Both the position numbers and the translations under genes were made by a program. The notes beneath the pieces are model-generated. The model worked only from the letters and a program-made list of their open reading frames with translations. It made no database searches and had not been told where the DNA came from. A DNA stretch of 64,000 bases. Source: Negativicutes bacterium. Its GTDB lineage: Bacteria; Bacillota; Negativicutes; UBA1444. Shown here piece after piece: positions 51,335 through 62,120 of the stretch (position 1 is the first letter of the stretch; every line of letters begins with the position of its first letter). The stretch spans positions 32,001 to 96,000 of the forward strand of contig CAXXIN010000014.1 of NCBI GenBank assembly GCA_963665275.2. Reading direction: 5' to 3'.

Positions 51335-51379
51335 CTCTTAATCAGAGGGTTCCGGGTTCGAGTCCCGGGTGGGTCACCA
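51335..51379 (+). repeat. att core, right copy (3' half of tRNA-Lys)
   Basis: 45-bp identity with 19570-19614. Confidence 0.95.
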
Positions 51380-51388
51380 GCTAATTCG

Positions 51389-51421
51389 ACGCTTCCAGGC
51401 GCTTTGCCTGGAAGCGTTTTT
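51389..51421 (+). terminator. Displaced native tRNA terminator
   Basis: ACGCTTCCAGGC-GCTTT-GCCTGGAAGCGT plus T run. Confidence 0.8.
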
Positions 51422-51636
51422 CTGTTTTCGGACTAGCAGCACAGTGAAAGGGGGGGGGATAAGAGCGGATCGAACAATGGGGACGTTGCGTTGGCTGAAC
51501 CAGCAAATATATTTCAATGTGTATATGATGGTACAATGTTGCCATGGGCAGACAAGGACTATACTGAATCAAGCCAAATTACATTTCCAAGTGTAATCTG
51601 GAGAAAACAACAAAATCAATATCAAGGAGGAGACCT

Positions 51637-52716
51637 ATGTTTGAAATGCTCGTCGATATTCAAAACCGAATCATATCCGGTGGCTTTAAAATGCATTTGA
51701 TGGTTTACATTGTTAGTTCGGTGATCGGGATCAGCTTAATCCAAGTAGTCTTGTCCAATCTGCTCAAAATTATTGCGAGAAAAAACAATATTTCTTATTC
51801 CATTTTGCAACAAATATTTAAAGGAATTCCAGTGTTGTGGGGCATTTACATTGGTTTATCCATTGCTTTGGATGTTTTGATAATTCCGCCGCGGGCGCTG
51901 CTGTTCCTCCAAAGACTGTCCAACTCGATTGCCATTCTATCAATGGTTCTCTTAACTGCGCGTCTGGGCTCTGGATATCTGAAGCAAAAATTCAGTAAAA
52001 CAGCCGGAACCTTTTCGTCCACGTCGATTTTATCAACAGCAATCGATCTGATCGTTTACAGCATTGGTATCGTGTTTTTACTTCAATCCTTCGGAATCTC
52101 GATCACCCCATTGCTTACCGCGTTGGGTGTTGGTGGCTTGGCCATTGCTTTGGCGCTGCAGGACACTTTGTCAAATTTGTTTTCGGGCATCAATATTCTG
52201 TTGTCCAAACAAATCAAGATAGGTGACTTCGTTAAACTGTCAACCGGCGAAGAGGGGCATGTTGTAGATATGAACTGGCGCAATACCACAATAAAAAAGA
52301 CCACGGAGAATATGGTGGTTGTACCCAACCAAAAAATTGCTTCATCCATACTCACCAATTATGCGCAGCCCTTTGCTGAATGCTCCATCGCCATTCCCAT
52401 AGGAGTAAGCTATGAAAGTGATTTGGGCCATGTGGAAAAAATTACTGCCGCGGTTGCGAAAGAAACTCTCCAAGAAATCGAAGGCGGTGATAACCGTTTT
52501 GAACCATTCATCCGATACTTCGATTTCGCCGAGTCCAGCATTAAATTTAATGTTGTCTTACGAGTAAGGGCCGTAACGGACCAGCATCTCATTCGACACG
52601 AATTCCTCAAGCGCCTTCATGAAAGGTACCGACAAGAAAAGATAATAATTCCTTACCCAATCAGAATGGTCAAGTTTGAACCAGCAATGCCATTGGAGGA
52701 GGCACCCCAACGGTAG
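51637..52716 (+). CDS. MscS-family mechanosensitive channel
   Basis: LGVGGLAIALALQDTLSNLFSG, IGD.V, VPN, IPYP. Confidence 0.92.
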   Translation: MFEMLVDIQNRIISGGFKMHLMVYIVSSVIGISLIQVVLSNLLKIIARKNNISYSILQQIFKGIPVLWGIYIGLSIALDVLIIPPRALLFLQRLSNSIAILSMVLLTARLGSGYLKQKFSKTAGTFSSTSILSTAIDLIVYSIGIVFLLQSFGISITPLLTALGVGGLAIALALQDTLSNLFSGINILLSKQIKIGDFVKLSTGEEGHVVDMNWRNTTIKKTTENMVVVPNQKIASSILTNYAQPFAECSIAIPIGVSYESDLGHVEKITAAVAKETLQEIEGGDNRFEPFIRYFDFAESSIKFNVVLRVRAVTDQHLIRHEFLKRLHERYRQEKIIIPYPIRMVKFEPAMPLEEAPQR

Positions 52717-52776
52717 AATTTTCACTTTTTCAAAACGCATGATCTTAATAGAAGGTACAGGAGAAACTACCCCTGA

Positions 52777-53349
52777 TTAATTCGACGATCCAAGATTCTT
52801 TGATACAGAGATAATATGCAAAGCCCGCCACAGCTGTGACGGGCTTGAATTCAGAGTACGCGAGTAAGTTTCGCAGCCAAAAGTTAATTCAGCATGTTCT
52901 TTTTGTGCAGAATGCTTTTGGAATGCACAAGAGCGCCATTTTCCGACATAAAAAAAAACACTTCCGGCCAGTACTGGATCTGTTTTGAACAACTTTCGCA
53001 CCTGCAAGCGGCAGCTTGGCGTGTCAGGAATGATTTTGCGGATTTGGAACTCGATTTGACTGCCTGCTTTTTGGATTTGGGAGATATCTAATGAAGCGGC
53101 AGCCGCAAAGAAAAATTCCTGATCGGCAAAGGCAGAGTTTGTTTCTTGAGGGTTTGCCAAGAACTCATCCGCCTCTACTATTTCGTAAATATGGAATTGC
53201 CAAGTCTTTCTTTCGGTAGACAGGGCGACGAGGTAGGGACCTTCTCCGTTGTAATATTGGGGAGTAGAAAGTTGGTCGTATGCGTCCGCGCACGTCCGGG
53301 TAAAGGTGGTCAACATTTCTTCGGTTTTCACAGGCAAGAGACCTTTCAT
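52777..53349 (-). CDS. Hypothetical protein
   Basis: 190-aa ORF filling the gap; no recognised motif. Confidence 0.45.
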   Translation of the reverse strand: MKGLLPVKTEEMLTTFTRTCADAYDQLSTPQYYNGEGPYLVALSTERKTWQFHIYEIVEADEFLANPQETNSAFADQEFFFAAAASLDISQIQKAGSQIEFQIRKIIPDTPSCRLQVRKLFKTDPVLAGSVFFYVGKWRSCAFQKHSAQKEHAELTFGCETYSRTLNSSPSQLWRALHIISVSKNLGSSN

Positions 53350-53505
53350 AGTTTGATAATAGCTCGATTTTTATTATACGCCGTTGATATCAGCTTGAAA
53401 AGGCCTGTAGCCATTCTGAGGCGAAAACGAAAACAATCGCACAATTGACACGATTCGTAAAATGTGTTGATATATAATTAAGAGATCATAGTGGGAGGGA
53501 TTTTC

Positions 53506-53877
53506 ATGAAAATGAAGAAGAATGCCAAACCGCTCTCTGAAGCAACAATTGGTGATTTAACCGACCAAAAATGCGGATTTTGCGGCTTGTATCTCGAGTT
53601 TTCCGATGTGCAGCCGGACGAAAAGCTTGCATGGCTTTCGTGCCCGGCCTTTATGGCCGAACGTGAGTTTTCCCAAAATGAGCACTCCTCTTATGCCGTA
53701 TCTTTGGAAAAAACGAACTACCACGCAGGAGATGAGACAAAACTGCACCGCCCACTAAAGGAAGCTGGCGAAGAGACCGGACGTATGCACCACGACAGAC
53801 CCAATCTGACTGCACCGCCGAAAGCCGTGGGAAACAGTTTTAAATTCACGAGTGCATCGGAGCGGAAAAGGAAGTAG
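53506..53877 (+). CDS. Hypothetical protein (CxxC, possible Zn site)
   Basis: GGGAGG RBS; upstream TTGACA..TATAAT-like promoter. Confidence 0.6.
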   Translation: MKMKKNAKPLSEATIGDLTDQKCGFCGLYLEFSDVQPDEKLAWLSCPAFMAEREFSQNEHSSYAVSLEKTNYHAGDETKLHRPLKEAGEETGRMHHDRPNLTAPPKAVGNSFKFTSASERKRK

Positions 53878-54083
53878 TAGAAAGCCTTTGTTTGAGCGGA
53901 AACCGTACAAGCAAAATCCTGTTGCAGCCCCGACTGAAAAGGTCAATGAGGGGTCGATAAGGTGAAAAGCAGGTAAAATAAAGATTTTTTCACTTTTTTG
54001 TCAAAAAAAAGAGGAATATTTTATGAGTTGCCGAAATAAGGAAACAGGTCCTAAACCCAAATATAAAGGAGGTATGTAACCAT

Positions 54084-54377
54084 ATGAACAAAACGGAACT
54101 TATCGCCTCGGTAGCTGCCAAGACTAAGAGCACCAAAAAAGCCGCAGGTATTGCGATTGAAGCAGTTGTAGAAAGCGTACAGAAGGAGCTTGCCAAAGGC
54201 GGCAAGGTTCAACTCATCGGTTTTGGAACCTTCCAGGTACGGGCCCGCAAAGAGCGTAAAGGCCGCAATCCCCAGACCGGCAAACCCATCAACATTCCGG
54301 CGTCCAAACATCCTGTATTCTCCGCCGGCAAGGCGCTGAAAGACGCTGTCAACGTTACCCCGAAAAAAAAGAAATAA
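54084..54377 (+). CDS. hup: HU family DNA-binding protein
   Basis: MNKTELI, GFGTF, GRNPQTG, F.AGK.LK. Confidence 0.96.
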   Translation: MNKTELIASVAAKTKSTKKAAGIAIEAVVESVQKELAKGGKVQLIGFGTFQVRARKERKGRNPQTGKPINIPASKHPVFSAGKALKDAVNVTPKKKK

Positions 54378-54588
54378 TCTAGCGGGATACCCTATAATAT
54401 AAGGACTGGACCATTAGGACCGAAGAGGCTTTGCATCGTGACAAAGCCTCTTTTTTTATTTGCGCTTTATTTGTCCTTTGAATGGGGCAAATCGCTTGAC
54501 AGCAGGGGGTTAAAGACATAAGATAGTGAACGTGGTACCGATAAAAATAAAATAGTTTTTTGGGTATCGTGCAAGGAGGTTTTGGTGA

Positions 54589-55155
54589 ATGCGCACACGG
54601 ATCATGTCGGCAGCAGTGGCGGAGATGGATGAACATGGTGTTCGTTTTACGATGAGCGACCTGGCAGCCCGGTTGGCGATCAGTAAACGCACGTTGTATG
54701 AACATTTTGAGTCCAAGGAAGTTCTCATTTCGTCGATCGTGGATGCTGTCATTTCCGATCTGCGGGTGCAGCGGTGTGATATTGTCAACAATCCGGATCT
54801 GGATCTGCGTGAAAAACTCGTCAGGATGCTGACGGTAAGGTCCAAGGTGTTTTCTGAAGTGAGCGACAGGGTCAAGATGGAATTGGGCCAGCAGTATCCA
54901 GGTTTGTGGGAAAAAGCCCATAAGTCTCAGGAAGAACAGTGGAATGTTATTGACGATGTCATTAAAGAAGGCATTGAGGCAGGTTGCTTCCGCCCTATTT
55001 TTGTTCCCGTTCTGCGCAAGGTGCTGCAAGGCGCAGTAGGGGAAATAATCGATTATGAATTTTTATTGCAACATCGGACTTCTTTTCATGAAATGATCGG
55101 GCATATTACAGATATCGTCATATATGGAATCATGGCGCCGGAAAAGCAAGGATGA
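54589..55155 (+). CDS. TetR family regulator
   Basis: TMSDLAARLAISKRTLYEHFESKE. Confidence 0.92.
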   Translation: MRTRIMSAAVAEMDEHGVRFTMSDLAARLAISKRTLYEHFESKEVLISSIVDAVISDLRVQRCDIVNNPDLDLREKLVRMLTVRSKVFSEVSDRVKMELGQQYPGLWEKAHKSQEEQWNVIDDVIKEGIEAGCFRPIFVPVLRKVLQGAVGEIIDYEFLLQHRTSFHEMIGHITDIVIYGIMAPEKQG

Positions 55156-55183
55156 GGCGGTTGTACACGAAGGAGGAACTGGA

Positions 55184-56344
55184 ATGCAAGGAATGAAATG
55201 GCTGGGAAGTTCAAGTTTCAGGGTAAAGCTGATTGGGGGAATATTGCTGCTGTCCTTGGTGGGATTGGCAGCTTTCCGGATGGGATTGCTCGGGGGAAAA
55301 CCTCCCATGGGCGGGCCGCGGACGGTGGATGTCAAAGCTATGCAGATAGCCGCGAAGGATACACCAGTTGCCTATGAATTCGTTGGCGAGATAGAGGCGT
55401 TTGATTCAGCGCAGATTAGGCCCAAGGTAACAGGCAATATCGTGGAGAAATATGTGACTGGCGGTGCTGTAGTGAAGCAGGGGCAGCCGCTATTTCGTAT
55501 CGAAGCACGACAATATGAGACTACGGTTTTATCCAACGACGCCGCGGTTGCCGAATCGGAATCGGCTTTAAGTCAAGTCCGACTGGATTTGGCACGCTAT
55601 AAAAAATTGGCTGCTAGTGGCGCGATCGCTCAACAGGTGCTCGACAATGCACTGGCGCAGGAAAGCCAGTCAGTGGCGAAGGTAGAAGCGAACCGAGCCA
55701 AGGCGCAGCAGGCGCGTTTGGATCTGCGGGATACGCTGGTCGTGTCGCCGATCGACGGGCGCATCGACATTAAGGATGTTGGTATTGGCAACTATGCGAC
55801 GGCGGGTGTGACGACATTGGCCACGGTGTCTGCTATTGACAAGGTGCGGATCAAGTTCAGCATGAGCGAGAATGAATATCTGAAACTTTTTGCTCGAACG
55901 CAGAGTATAGGAGCACTGGAGCCCGGCCAAAGAATCACTCTCAAACTCAGTGACGGACAGGAATTTCCGACGCCAGGATCCATCGAACAGGTGGATAGCG
56001 GAATGGGGACAGGAACTGGAACAATAACACTGAAAGCACTGGTGGATAATCCACAGAAAATGCTCTTGCCTGGCATGTTCGCCCGGGTCGTGGCCGCCGG
56101 CGAAGTGCGTAAGAATGCGATCGTAATTCCACAACGGGCGGTGCAGGAACTGCTCGGCAAGACCTTTGTCACGGTCATCGGTGAAGGCGAGAAAACGGAA
56201 TCCCGGCCGGTGAAGATGGGACCGCGCGTCGGAACCAACTGGATTGTGGAAGAAGGACTCAAACCTGGAGACAGGGTGGTTGTGGAAGGTGCACTGAAAA
56301 CACCTCCTGGAACTCCGGTGAAAGCGGCGATGATCAATGGCTAA
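55184..56344 (+). CDS. RND efflux membrane fusion protein
   Basis: IRPKVTG, GQPLF.I, SPIDG, LLPGMF, GLKPGDRVVVEG. Confidence 0.93.
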   Translation: MQGMKWLGSSSFRVKLIGGILLLSLVGLAAFRMGLLGGKPPMGGPRTVDVKAMQIAAKDTPVAYEFVGEIEAFDSAQIRPKVTGNIVEKYVTGGAVVKQGQPLFRIEARQYETTVLSNDAAVAESESALSQVRLDLARYKKLAASGAIAQQVLDNALAQESQSVAKVEANRAKAQQARLDLRDTLVVSPIDGRIDIKDVGIGNYATAGVTTLATVSAIDKVRIKFSMSENEYLKLFARTQSIGALEPGQRITLKLSDGQEFPTPGSIEQVDSGMGTGTGTITLKALVDNPQKMLLPGMFARVVAAGEVRKNAIVIPQRAVQELLGKTFVTVIGEGEKTESRPVKMGPRVGTNWIVEEGLKPGDRVVVEGALKTPPGTPVKAAMING

Positions 56345-59300
56345 GTTTTTTATTGATAGGCCAATTTTTGCAATTGTTGTTTCAGTTTTCATTTTACTGG
56401 GTGGCCTGATCGCCGGCATGAACCTGCCGATCGCGCAGTATCCCCAGATCACGCCGCCGACGATCAACGTGGCCGCGAACTATAGCGGTGCCAACGCTGA
56501 CGTAGTGGAACAGAGCATCGCCCAGGTCATCGAACTTCAGGTCAATGGCACCGAAGGCATGGTTTCGATGGACTCGACGAGCGCCGACAACGGCGTGTAT
56601 TCCCTAAACGTCAAATTTGAACTCGGCAAAGACGCGGACCTGGCCTCCGTGCAGACGCAGAACCGTGTCACTCAGGCCAATTCCCGGTTGCCGACTGAAG
56701 TGACGAGCGCCGGCATCGTGACCCAAAAAGCCACGCCTGACCGGGCCATGATCTTTGCCCTGTGGTCGCCGAACAGTACTTATGACCGCGGTTTCCTCAA
56801 AAACTACGGCAGTATCTACATTGTTGAAGAACTGAAACGTGTCAAGGGTGTTGGTACGATACAGGAGTTCGGTTCCGATTATGCAATGCGAATTTGGTTG
56901 CAGCCGGACAAGATGGCTCAGCTCGGCGTGACGACCTCGGACATTGCAGCGGCGCTGAAGGATCAGAACGTGCAGGCTCCTGTCGGCGCGGTCGGGCAAC
57001 AGCCCTCGGAAGGCAAACAGGAATTCCAGTACACGGCTCGGGTCAAAGGCCGCATGGAGACTGCGGAGGAATTCAGCCAGATCATCATACGAAGCCAGAG
57101 CGACGGTTCGCTCATCCGGATTAAAGATGTGGCCCGAACCGAGATGGCGGACAAGGATTACATGTACGCAAGCTTCAGCAACGGCATGCCCTCCGTGGGT
57201 TTCTCAATCCAGTTGTCTTCCGACGCGAACGCTCTCGACACAATTCGTGAGTGTTCGGCGATCCTCGAGAGGGCTTCGAAGTCTTTCCCGGAGGATATGA
57301 AGTATGGTACGGTCGTCGATAATACCCGGTTCGTACGCGAATCGCTTGTCGAGGTGGCCAAGACATTCTTTGAAGCATTGCTGCTGGTAATGCTCATTGT
57401 GTTCATTTTCCTGCAGTCCTGGCGCGCCACGCTCATTCCGATGCTGGCGGTGCCGGTATCTTTGATCGGCACCTTCGGCGCGTTCCTGATTTTGGGATTT
57501 TCGATCAATACGCTGACGATGTTTGCGATGGTGCTGGCCATCGGTCTCGTCGTTGACGATGCCATTGTCGTAGTTGAAGCAGTGGAACACCACATGCGGT
57601 TTGAAGGACTGTCTCCGCGCGAAGCGACTTATAGGGCGATGGAGGATGTATCGGCTCCGATCGTGGCCATTGCCTTCGTGTTGGCGTCTGTGTTCATTCC
57701 GGTTGCGTTTTTCGGCGGAACCGTTGGCGTACTCTACAAACAGTTCGCCTTGACGATTGCGGTTTCCATGGGACTGTCCGCTATCGTGGCGTTGTCGTTG
57801 ACTCCGGCGCTCTGCGCCCTGTTGCTCAAACCGCATGACCCCAATGCTCATTCCGGGAAAATCGGACACTTTCTGTCGCGTTTTACCGATTGGTTTGAAG
57901 GGCTACGGGAACGTTATGAACGCGGCGCAACCAAAATTCTATTCCGGGCCAAATTCAGCTTGTTGTTGATGCCCTTGTTGCTACTATTGGCTTGGGGAGT
58001 GTCGAGTTTCGTGCCTTCATCCTTTGTGCCCAGCGAAGACCAGGGTTACTTCGTGGCAACCGTTTCCCTGCCGGAAGCGGCGAGCATGAAGCGGACAGAG
58101 GAAGTTGCCAATAAAATCGCTGAAGATATCCGCACGTTGCCCGGGGTCAAACAAACGATGATCGTTGCCGGCATTGATATGTTGGCGGGCGCGAACAAGT
58201 CCAGCTCCGCGGTTATCTTCGTGGAACTGGCTCCTTGGAACGAACGGACCACCGCGAACCTGAGCGTGGACAACATTGTCCGGAGCGTCATTGGCTTGGC
58301 GAACCGCATGCCGGAAGCCAACACGATGGCCTTCAATATTCCGCCATTGCCGGGTATCGGCAGTCTCGGCGGCTTCAGCTTCATCCTGCAGGACCGCGGC
58401 GGTCATACAACGCAGGAACTGAGCGATACGACCAATGCTTTCCTGGCGGAAGCGCGCAAACGTCCTGAACTTGCGGTGATCTACTCCACCTTCCGGACTG
58501 ACACTCCCGGTTACAGCTTCGACGTTGACCGGGAAAAAGCCCAGAAGATGGGTGTGCCAGTGAGCAGCGTGTTCAATACCCTGCAGGCTTTTTTGGGCGG
58601 ATTGCAGGTCAATGATTTCAACCGTTTCGGTCGAACCTATAAAGTGGTTATTCAGGCAGACTCTTCGTACCGTCGGGGTGTCGAAGACCTGCGAACTCTA
58701 TATGTGGAGAGCAACTCCGGAGTCATGGTGCCGCTCAGCACGCTGGTGCGTGCGGTGCCGGTGAACAATCCGACAGCTATCAAGCGCTTCAACGGCTTCC
58801 GTTCCGTATTGATCGGAGGCAGTCCGGCGGCGGGCTACAGTTCCGGCCAGGTTATCAAGGCGCTGGAGGAAGTGGCGGCGCAGTCGCTGCCGCAAGGCTA
58901 CAGTTACGAGTGGGCCGACCAGAGCCGGGAAGAAAAAGTTTCCGGCGGCCGGACTCCGATTCTCTTCGGACTCGCGCTTCTCTTCGTCTTCCTCTGTCTG
59001 GCGGCGTTGTATGAAAGCTGGACAGTACCCTTTGCCGTTCTGCTGACCGTACCCACGACGATTTTCGGCGCCTTTCTATTTATGTTCCTGCGTGGCCTCG
59101 AAAACAGCGTGTACATGCAAATCGGCCTTGTCACGCTGATCGGCCTGGCGGCGAAAAATGCGATTTTGATCGTCGAATTCGCCAAAGTCCGGGTGGAAAG
59201 AGGCATGCCGATTCGCCAGGCGGCGATCGAAGCGGCTAAACTTCGGATGCGTCCGATTGTGATGACCTCGCTTGCCTTTATTGTGGGCGTTTTCCCATTG

Positions 59301-59522
59301 GTGCTCGCCACCGGTGCAGGCGCCGGTTCACGTAACGCGATGGGCACAACCGTTGTCGGCGGCATGGTTCTCGATACGGCCATGGGAATTTTCGTTATTC
59401 CCTGCCTGTTCGTTGTCGTCGAGGAATTTTCAGAATGGCTGAAAAAATCGCGCCAGAAGCATAAAAATAATGACCCCATTACACCTACCCCTCGGGTTGA
59501 ACCAGTGCCGCCACAAGATTGA
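56337..59522 (+). CDS. HAE1/AcrB-type RND permease
   Basis: MAKFFIDRPIFA, GLVVDDAIVVVE, AKNAILIVEF, RMRPIVMT. Confidence 0.96.
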   Translation: MAKFFIDRPIFAIVVSVFILLGGLIAGMNLPIAQYPQITPPTINVAANYSGANADVVEQSIAQVIELQVNGTEGMVSMDSTSADNGVYSLNVKFELGKDADLASVQTQNRVTQANSRLPTEVTSAGIVTQKATPDRAMIFALWSPNSTYDRGFLKNYGSIYIVEELKRVKGVGTIQEFGSDYAMRIWLQPDKMAQLGVTTSDIAAALKDQNVQAPVGAVGQQPSEGKQEFQYTARVKGRMETAEEFSQIIIRSQSDGSLIRIKDVARTEMADKDYMYASFSNGMPSVGFSIQLSSDANALDTIRECSAILERASKSFPEDMKYGTVVDNTRFVRESLVEVAKTFFEALLLVMLIVFIFLQSWRATLIPMLAVPVSLIGTFGAFLILGFSINTLTMFAMVLAIGLVVDDAIVVVEAVEHHMRFEGLSPREATYRAMEDVSAPIVAIAFVLASVFIPVAFFGGTVGVLYKQFALTIAVSMGLSAIVALSLTPALCALLLKPHDPNAHSGKIGHFLSRFTDWFEGLRERYERGATKILFRAKFSLLLMPLLLLLAWGVSSFVPSSFVPSEDQGYFVATVSLPEAASMKRTEEVANKIAEDIRTLPGVKQTMIVAGIDMLAGANKSSSAVIFVELAPWNERTTANLSVDNIVRSVIGLANRMPEANTMAFNIPPLPGIGSLGGFSFILQDRGGHTTQELSDTTNAFLAEARKRPELAVIYSTFRTDTPGYSFDVDREKAQKMGVPVSSVFNTLQAFLGGLQVNDFNRFGRTYKVVIQADSSYRRGVEDLRTLYVESNSGVMVPLSTLVRAVPVNNPTAIKRFNGFRSVLIGGSPAAGYSSGQVIKALEEVAAQSLPQGYSYEWADQSREEKVSGGRTPILFGLALLFVFLCLAALYESWTVPFAVLLTVPTTIFGAFLFMFLRGLENSVYMQIGLVTLIGLAAKNAILIVEFAKVRVERGMPIRQAAIEAAKLRMRPIVMTSLAFIVGVFPLVLATGAGAGSRNAMGTTVVGGMVLDTAMGIFVIPCLFVVVEEFSEWLKKSRQKHKNNDPITPTPRVEPVPPQD

Positions 59523-59530
59523 GGCGTACA

Positions 59531-59578
59531 GCAAAAAGTGGTCTGCTGACACAATTATGTCAGCAGACCACTTTTTGC
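59531..59578. terminator. Bidirectional terminator
   Basis: GCAAAAAGTGGTCTGCTGACA...TGTCAGCAGACCACTTTTTGC between convergent genes. Confidence 0.85.
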
Positions 59579-59589
59579 ATATATAAAGG

Positions 59590-60636
59590 CTATTCCTGCT
59601 TCAACCAGCGCCGGAACATCAGGGGCGTCAGCAGCATGATGAAGAACAGACGGAAAAGCTGATAGGATGCGATTGCCGACAAATCGGCCTGCAAGGCGAT
59701 ACCAGTGACGCTCATTTCCGCCACGCCGCCCGGAGCCATGCTCAAAAACGAAGTAACATTAGAATATCCGTAGTAGCTGGACAGAAGATACCCAATCGCG
59801 AGCGACATTGCTATGACCACGACCACGCCCATCATCGTCGAAGCCAGCAGAATTCGCCAGCGGGTGAGGCTGGCCAGTTGAATGCCGCTACCCATGTAGG
59901 CGCCGACCGCAATTTGGGCAAGAATCGTCAACCAGGGCGGCAGAGACGGACAATGGATGCCGTTCATAGAGACAAGGGCGATGCCCAGAATCGGACCGAG
60001 CAGAAACGGTGTCGGGCAGCAGCCTTTTTTGGCGATAAAAGCCGAAACGATAGCGATAGCCAGAAGTGGCAGCGTATCGGGAGTCAGGAATGTGAAGACC
60101 GGCGAACTGGCTGCACTCGTGACGATGGTCGTCGGGACACGGTTGGCTGCCTGCGTGGCCAGATATGGTACGATGAAAACAACCGACAACAGGCGGACCG
60201 TGTGCATGAAAGAGACGACAGACATATCAGCGTCCTCGATTTCTTCACTCAACAGGACCATTTGGGAGAATCCACCAGGAACGCTTCCCATCAGGCCGGA
60301 GGCTAAGCTGATTCCTGCTTGGCGGTGCGTGACGTAGCCGCATACCAGACTGACAAGCAGAATGCCGAATGTCACGGCCAGCATGACTGGCAGTTGGACG
60401 ACGATTTGCTGTGCAGCCGCTGCGGTGAAGGCGCTGCCGATGACGTAACCGAGAAAAATCAGCGCCGCATTGCGCAAATTTACCGGCCAGCATACAGATT
60501 TCTTGCCGACCTGCGTCCAGAGAACGACAGTGGTCAAAGGACCCAACATCCAAGCCAACGGAATGTGCAGGGAAAAAAACAAAAAGCCGCCTGCGCCAGC
60601 CAGCATAAAAGTCTTGAGAATTGGAACAGTTTGCAT
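59590..60636 (-). CDS. AbrB-family (AmoA-like) duplicated membrane protein
   Basis: IPLAWMLGP, GSVPGG, MAPGGVAEM, QLFRL. Confidence 0.88.
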   Translation of the reverse strand: MQTVPILKTFMLAGAGGFLFFSLHIPLAWMLGPLTTVVLWTQVGKKSVCWPVNLRNAALIFLGYVIGSAFTAAAAQQIVVQLPVMLAVTFGILLVSLVCGYVTHRQAGISLASGLMGSVPGGFSQMVLLSEEIEDADMSVVSFMHTVRLLSVVFIVPYLATQAANRVPTTIVTSAASSPVFTFLTPDTLPLLAIAIVSAFIAKKGCCPTPFLLGPILGIALVSMNGIHCPSLPPWLTILAQIAVGAYMGSGIQLASLTRWRILLASTMMGVVVVIAMSLAIGYLLSSYYGYSNVTSFLSMAPGGVAEMSVTGIALQADLSAIASYQLFRLFFIMLLTPLMFRRWLKQE

Positions 60637-60917
60637 GTGATGATATACTCCCCGACGTTAAAATATGAAGCATTGTTGATTCATTCTACATTTATATCGT
60701 CATTGGACGGATTTTGCAAGTCCTACTTCGTAGTTAAAAAGAAAAGTGCCAACAAATTGTGTTGCTGACGAGTGGAAAATAAAATGTGACAAAAAGTGAC
60801 GTTATATAATATAGTATCGGAGTGGATAATGGTAATATATTATATTCTATAAGATAAAGGAACTCCACGCCTATTGTCGAAGGAGTAACTATTGATAAAT
60901 AGGAGGGGGATAGTCAA

Positions 60918-61169
60918 ATGAGTGTTGCTCTGAATTATAGTCCCACGTTTTATAAAATAGTTCGCAGTGATAAGGTTGTTGGCGAAAAAATTCGAGGGTT
61001 AAAACACAAAACATCCATAGAGCTGGGGATGAAGACGGATGTTCAGGTGGGCGATGTCATAGAAAATCTTGATGATCACACTAAATATGAAGCGTTTGAA
61101 ATAACCATCAGAAATAATAGCCAGGGAAGACCCGACTGTTACCTGGTATATGTAAGCTCCCTGCAGTAA
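60918..61169 (+). CDS. Hypothetical protein
   Basis: AGGAGG RBS, 83 aa, downstream hairpin. Confidence 0.6.
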   Translation: MSVALNYSPTFYKIVRSDKVVGEKIRGLKHKTSIELGMKTDVQVGDVIENLDDHTKYEAFEITIRNNSQGRPDCYLVYVSSLQ

Positions 61170-61256
61170 TCCGCCCTCCAATAATAAAGAATCCGCACCG
61201 TTGATAGGCGTGGATTCTTTGCAAGAGGGAACGGTGATCGTTATTTTATTGTTGGA

Positions 61257-61652
61257 CTAAAGAGTCAGAGTTTTGCTCTCTCCAGACATTGAGGAAAAAT
61301 TGGCAACGGCATCTTCAAGATAGAAAACTTCCATAATAGTATCCTCTGCTGAATACATATTTTTAAGCATTGGCAAGATCTCAAGCGCTTTCGACTTATT
61401 TTGTTTTGTTGTGCAGAAAACAGCTTTCCCGCTGAGCCGCAACCATTGGAAACCCTTGGATGTCGCACAGATTTCAACATTCGGATTAGCCTTAAGTTGT
61501 GCATAGATGGGTTTTTGATTGCTTGTCGCAAAACAGATTTTGCCTTCGTACTCCATTACAAAACTAAATGGACGAACTTTGGGCTGATTGCCATCAACTG
61601 TGGAAATAAAGAAAATTCCGCAGTCTTGGAGAAATTTAAAAACCTCATTCAT
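61257..61652 (-). CDS. Pyridoxamine 5'-phosphate oxidase-like (split barrel) protein
   Basis: STVDGNQPKVRPF, K..YAQLKANPNVEIC, WLRLSGKA. Confidence 0.88.
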   Translation of the reverse strand: MNEVFKFLQDCGIFFISTVDGNQPKVRPFSFVMEYEGKICFATSNQKPIYAQLKANPNVEICATSKGFQWLRLSGKAVFCTTKQNKSKALEILPMLKNMYSAEDTIMEVFYLEDAVANFSSMSGESKTLTL

Positions 61653-61752
61653 GGTATAACCTCCATTAAATATTTATTTGCTGATTATAGTATAAAACGA
61701 TTCCAAACAGCGCTCAACTGGTTGGCGAAGACGGGTCGGGGGGAATTGGCGT

Positions 61753-61824
61753 ATGTGGGATATTATTGCCACATTCATAGTTGGAATTATCGGTTTATAC
61801 TTGCTCAAACAACATCTGAAATAA
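61753..61824 (+). CDS. Possible 23-aa hydrophobic peptide
   Basis: MWDIIATFIVGIIGLYLLKQHLK after a G-rich RBS-like run. Confidence 0.35.
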   Translation: MWDIIATFIVGIIGLYLLKQHLK

Positions 61825-62120
61825 CTGGTGGACACTGACCGCTTTCTGGTTTAATGAAGCACGCTTGAGGGCTTTTTTATTGGGCAACGAGATTCGAGGT
61901 TGTGAGAGGGAACTTTCCTAAATTGCTGGTTCGGCTTGTATAGATATTAGCGATATACAAGGGGTCAACATTTTTGGGAAGCCGCCTTATTTACGGCAAA
62001 ATGTTGATTTTGCGGTGTTTGTCGTATATAATAAATTGCGTTGGGAAGTACACCTCAAGCATACATTGGGGAGTTTTGACAACATGGTTTTTTCTAATCC
62101 CTTATTTTATAAGGGTTCGG

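Larger units (their letters stand above)
19570..51379. mobile_element. ~31.8 kb integrative element (satellite/IME-like defence island) in tRNA-Lys
   Basis: 45-bp direct repeats of the tRNA 3' half at both ends; integrase adjacent to the tRNA; xis, repressor and rep-like genes; defence cargo. Confidence 0.93.

Noticed and set aside
51335-51379. Second tRNA-Lys gene
   Set aside because: Only the 3' 45 nt are present, with no D arm or 5' acceptor strand; it is the att duplication.
59550-59570. Additional dif-like site (TTATGTCAG)
   Set aside because: Lies in a terminator stem-loop and lacks a XerC-like ATAA arm at proper spacing.
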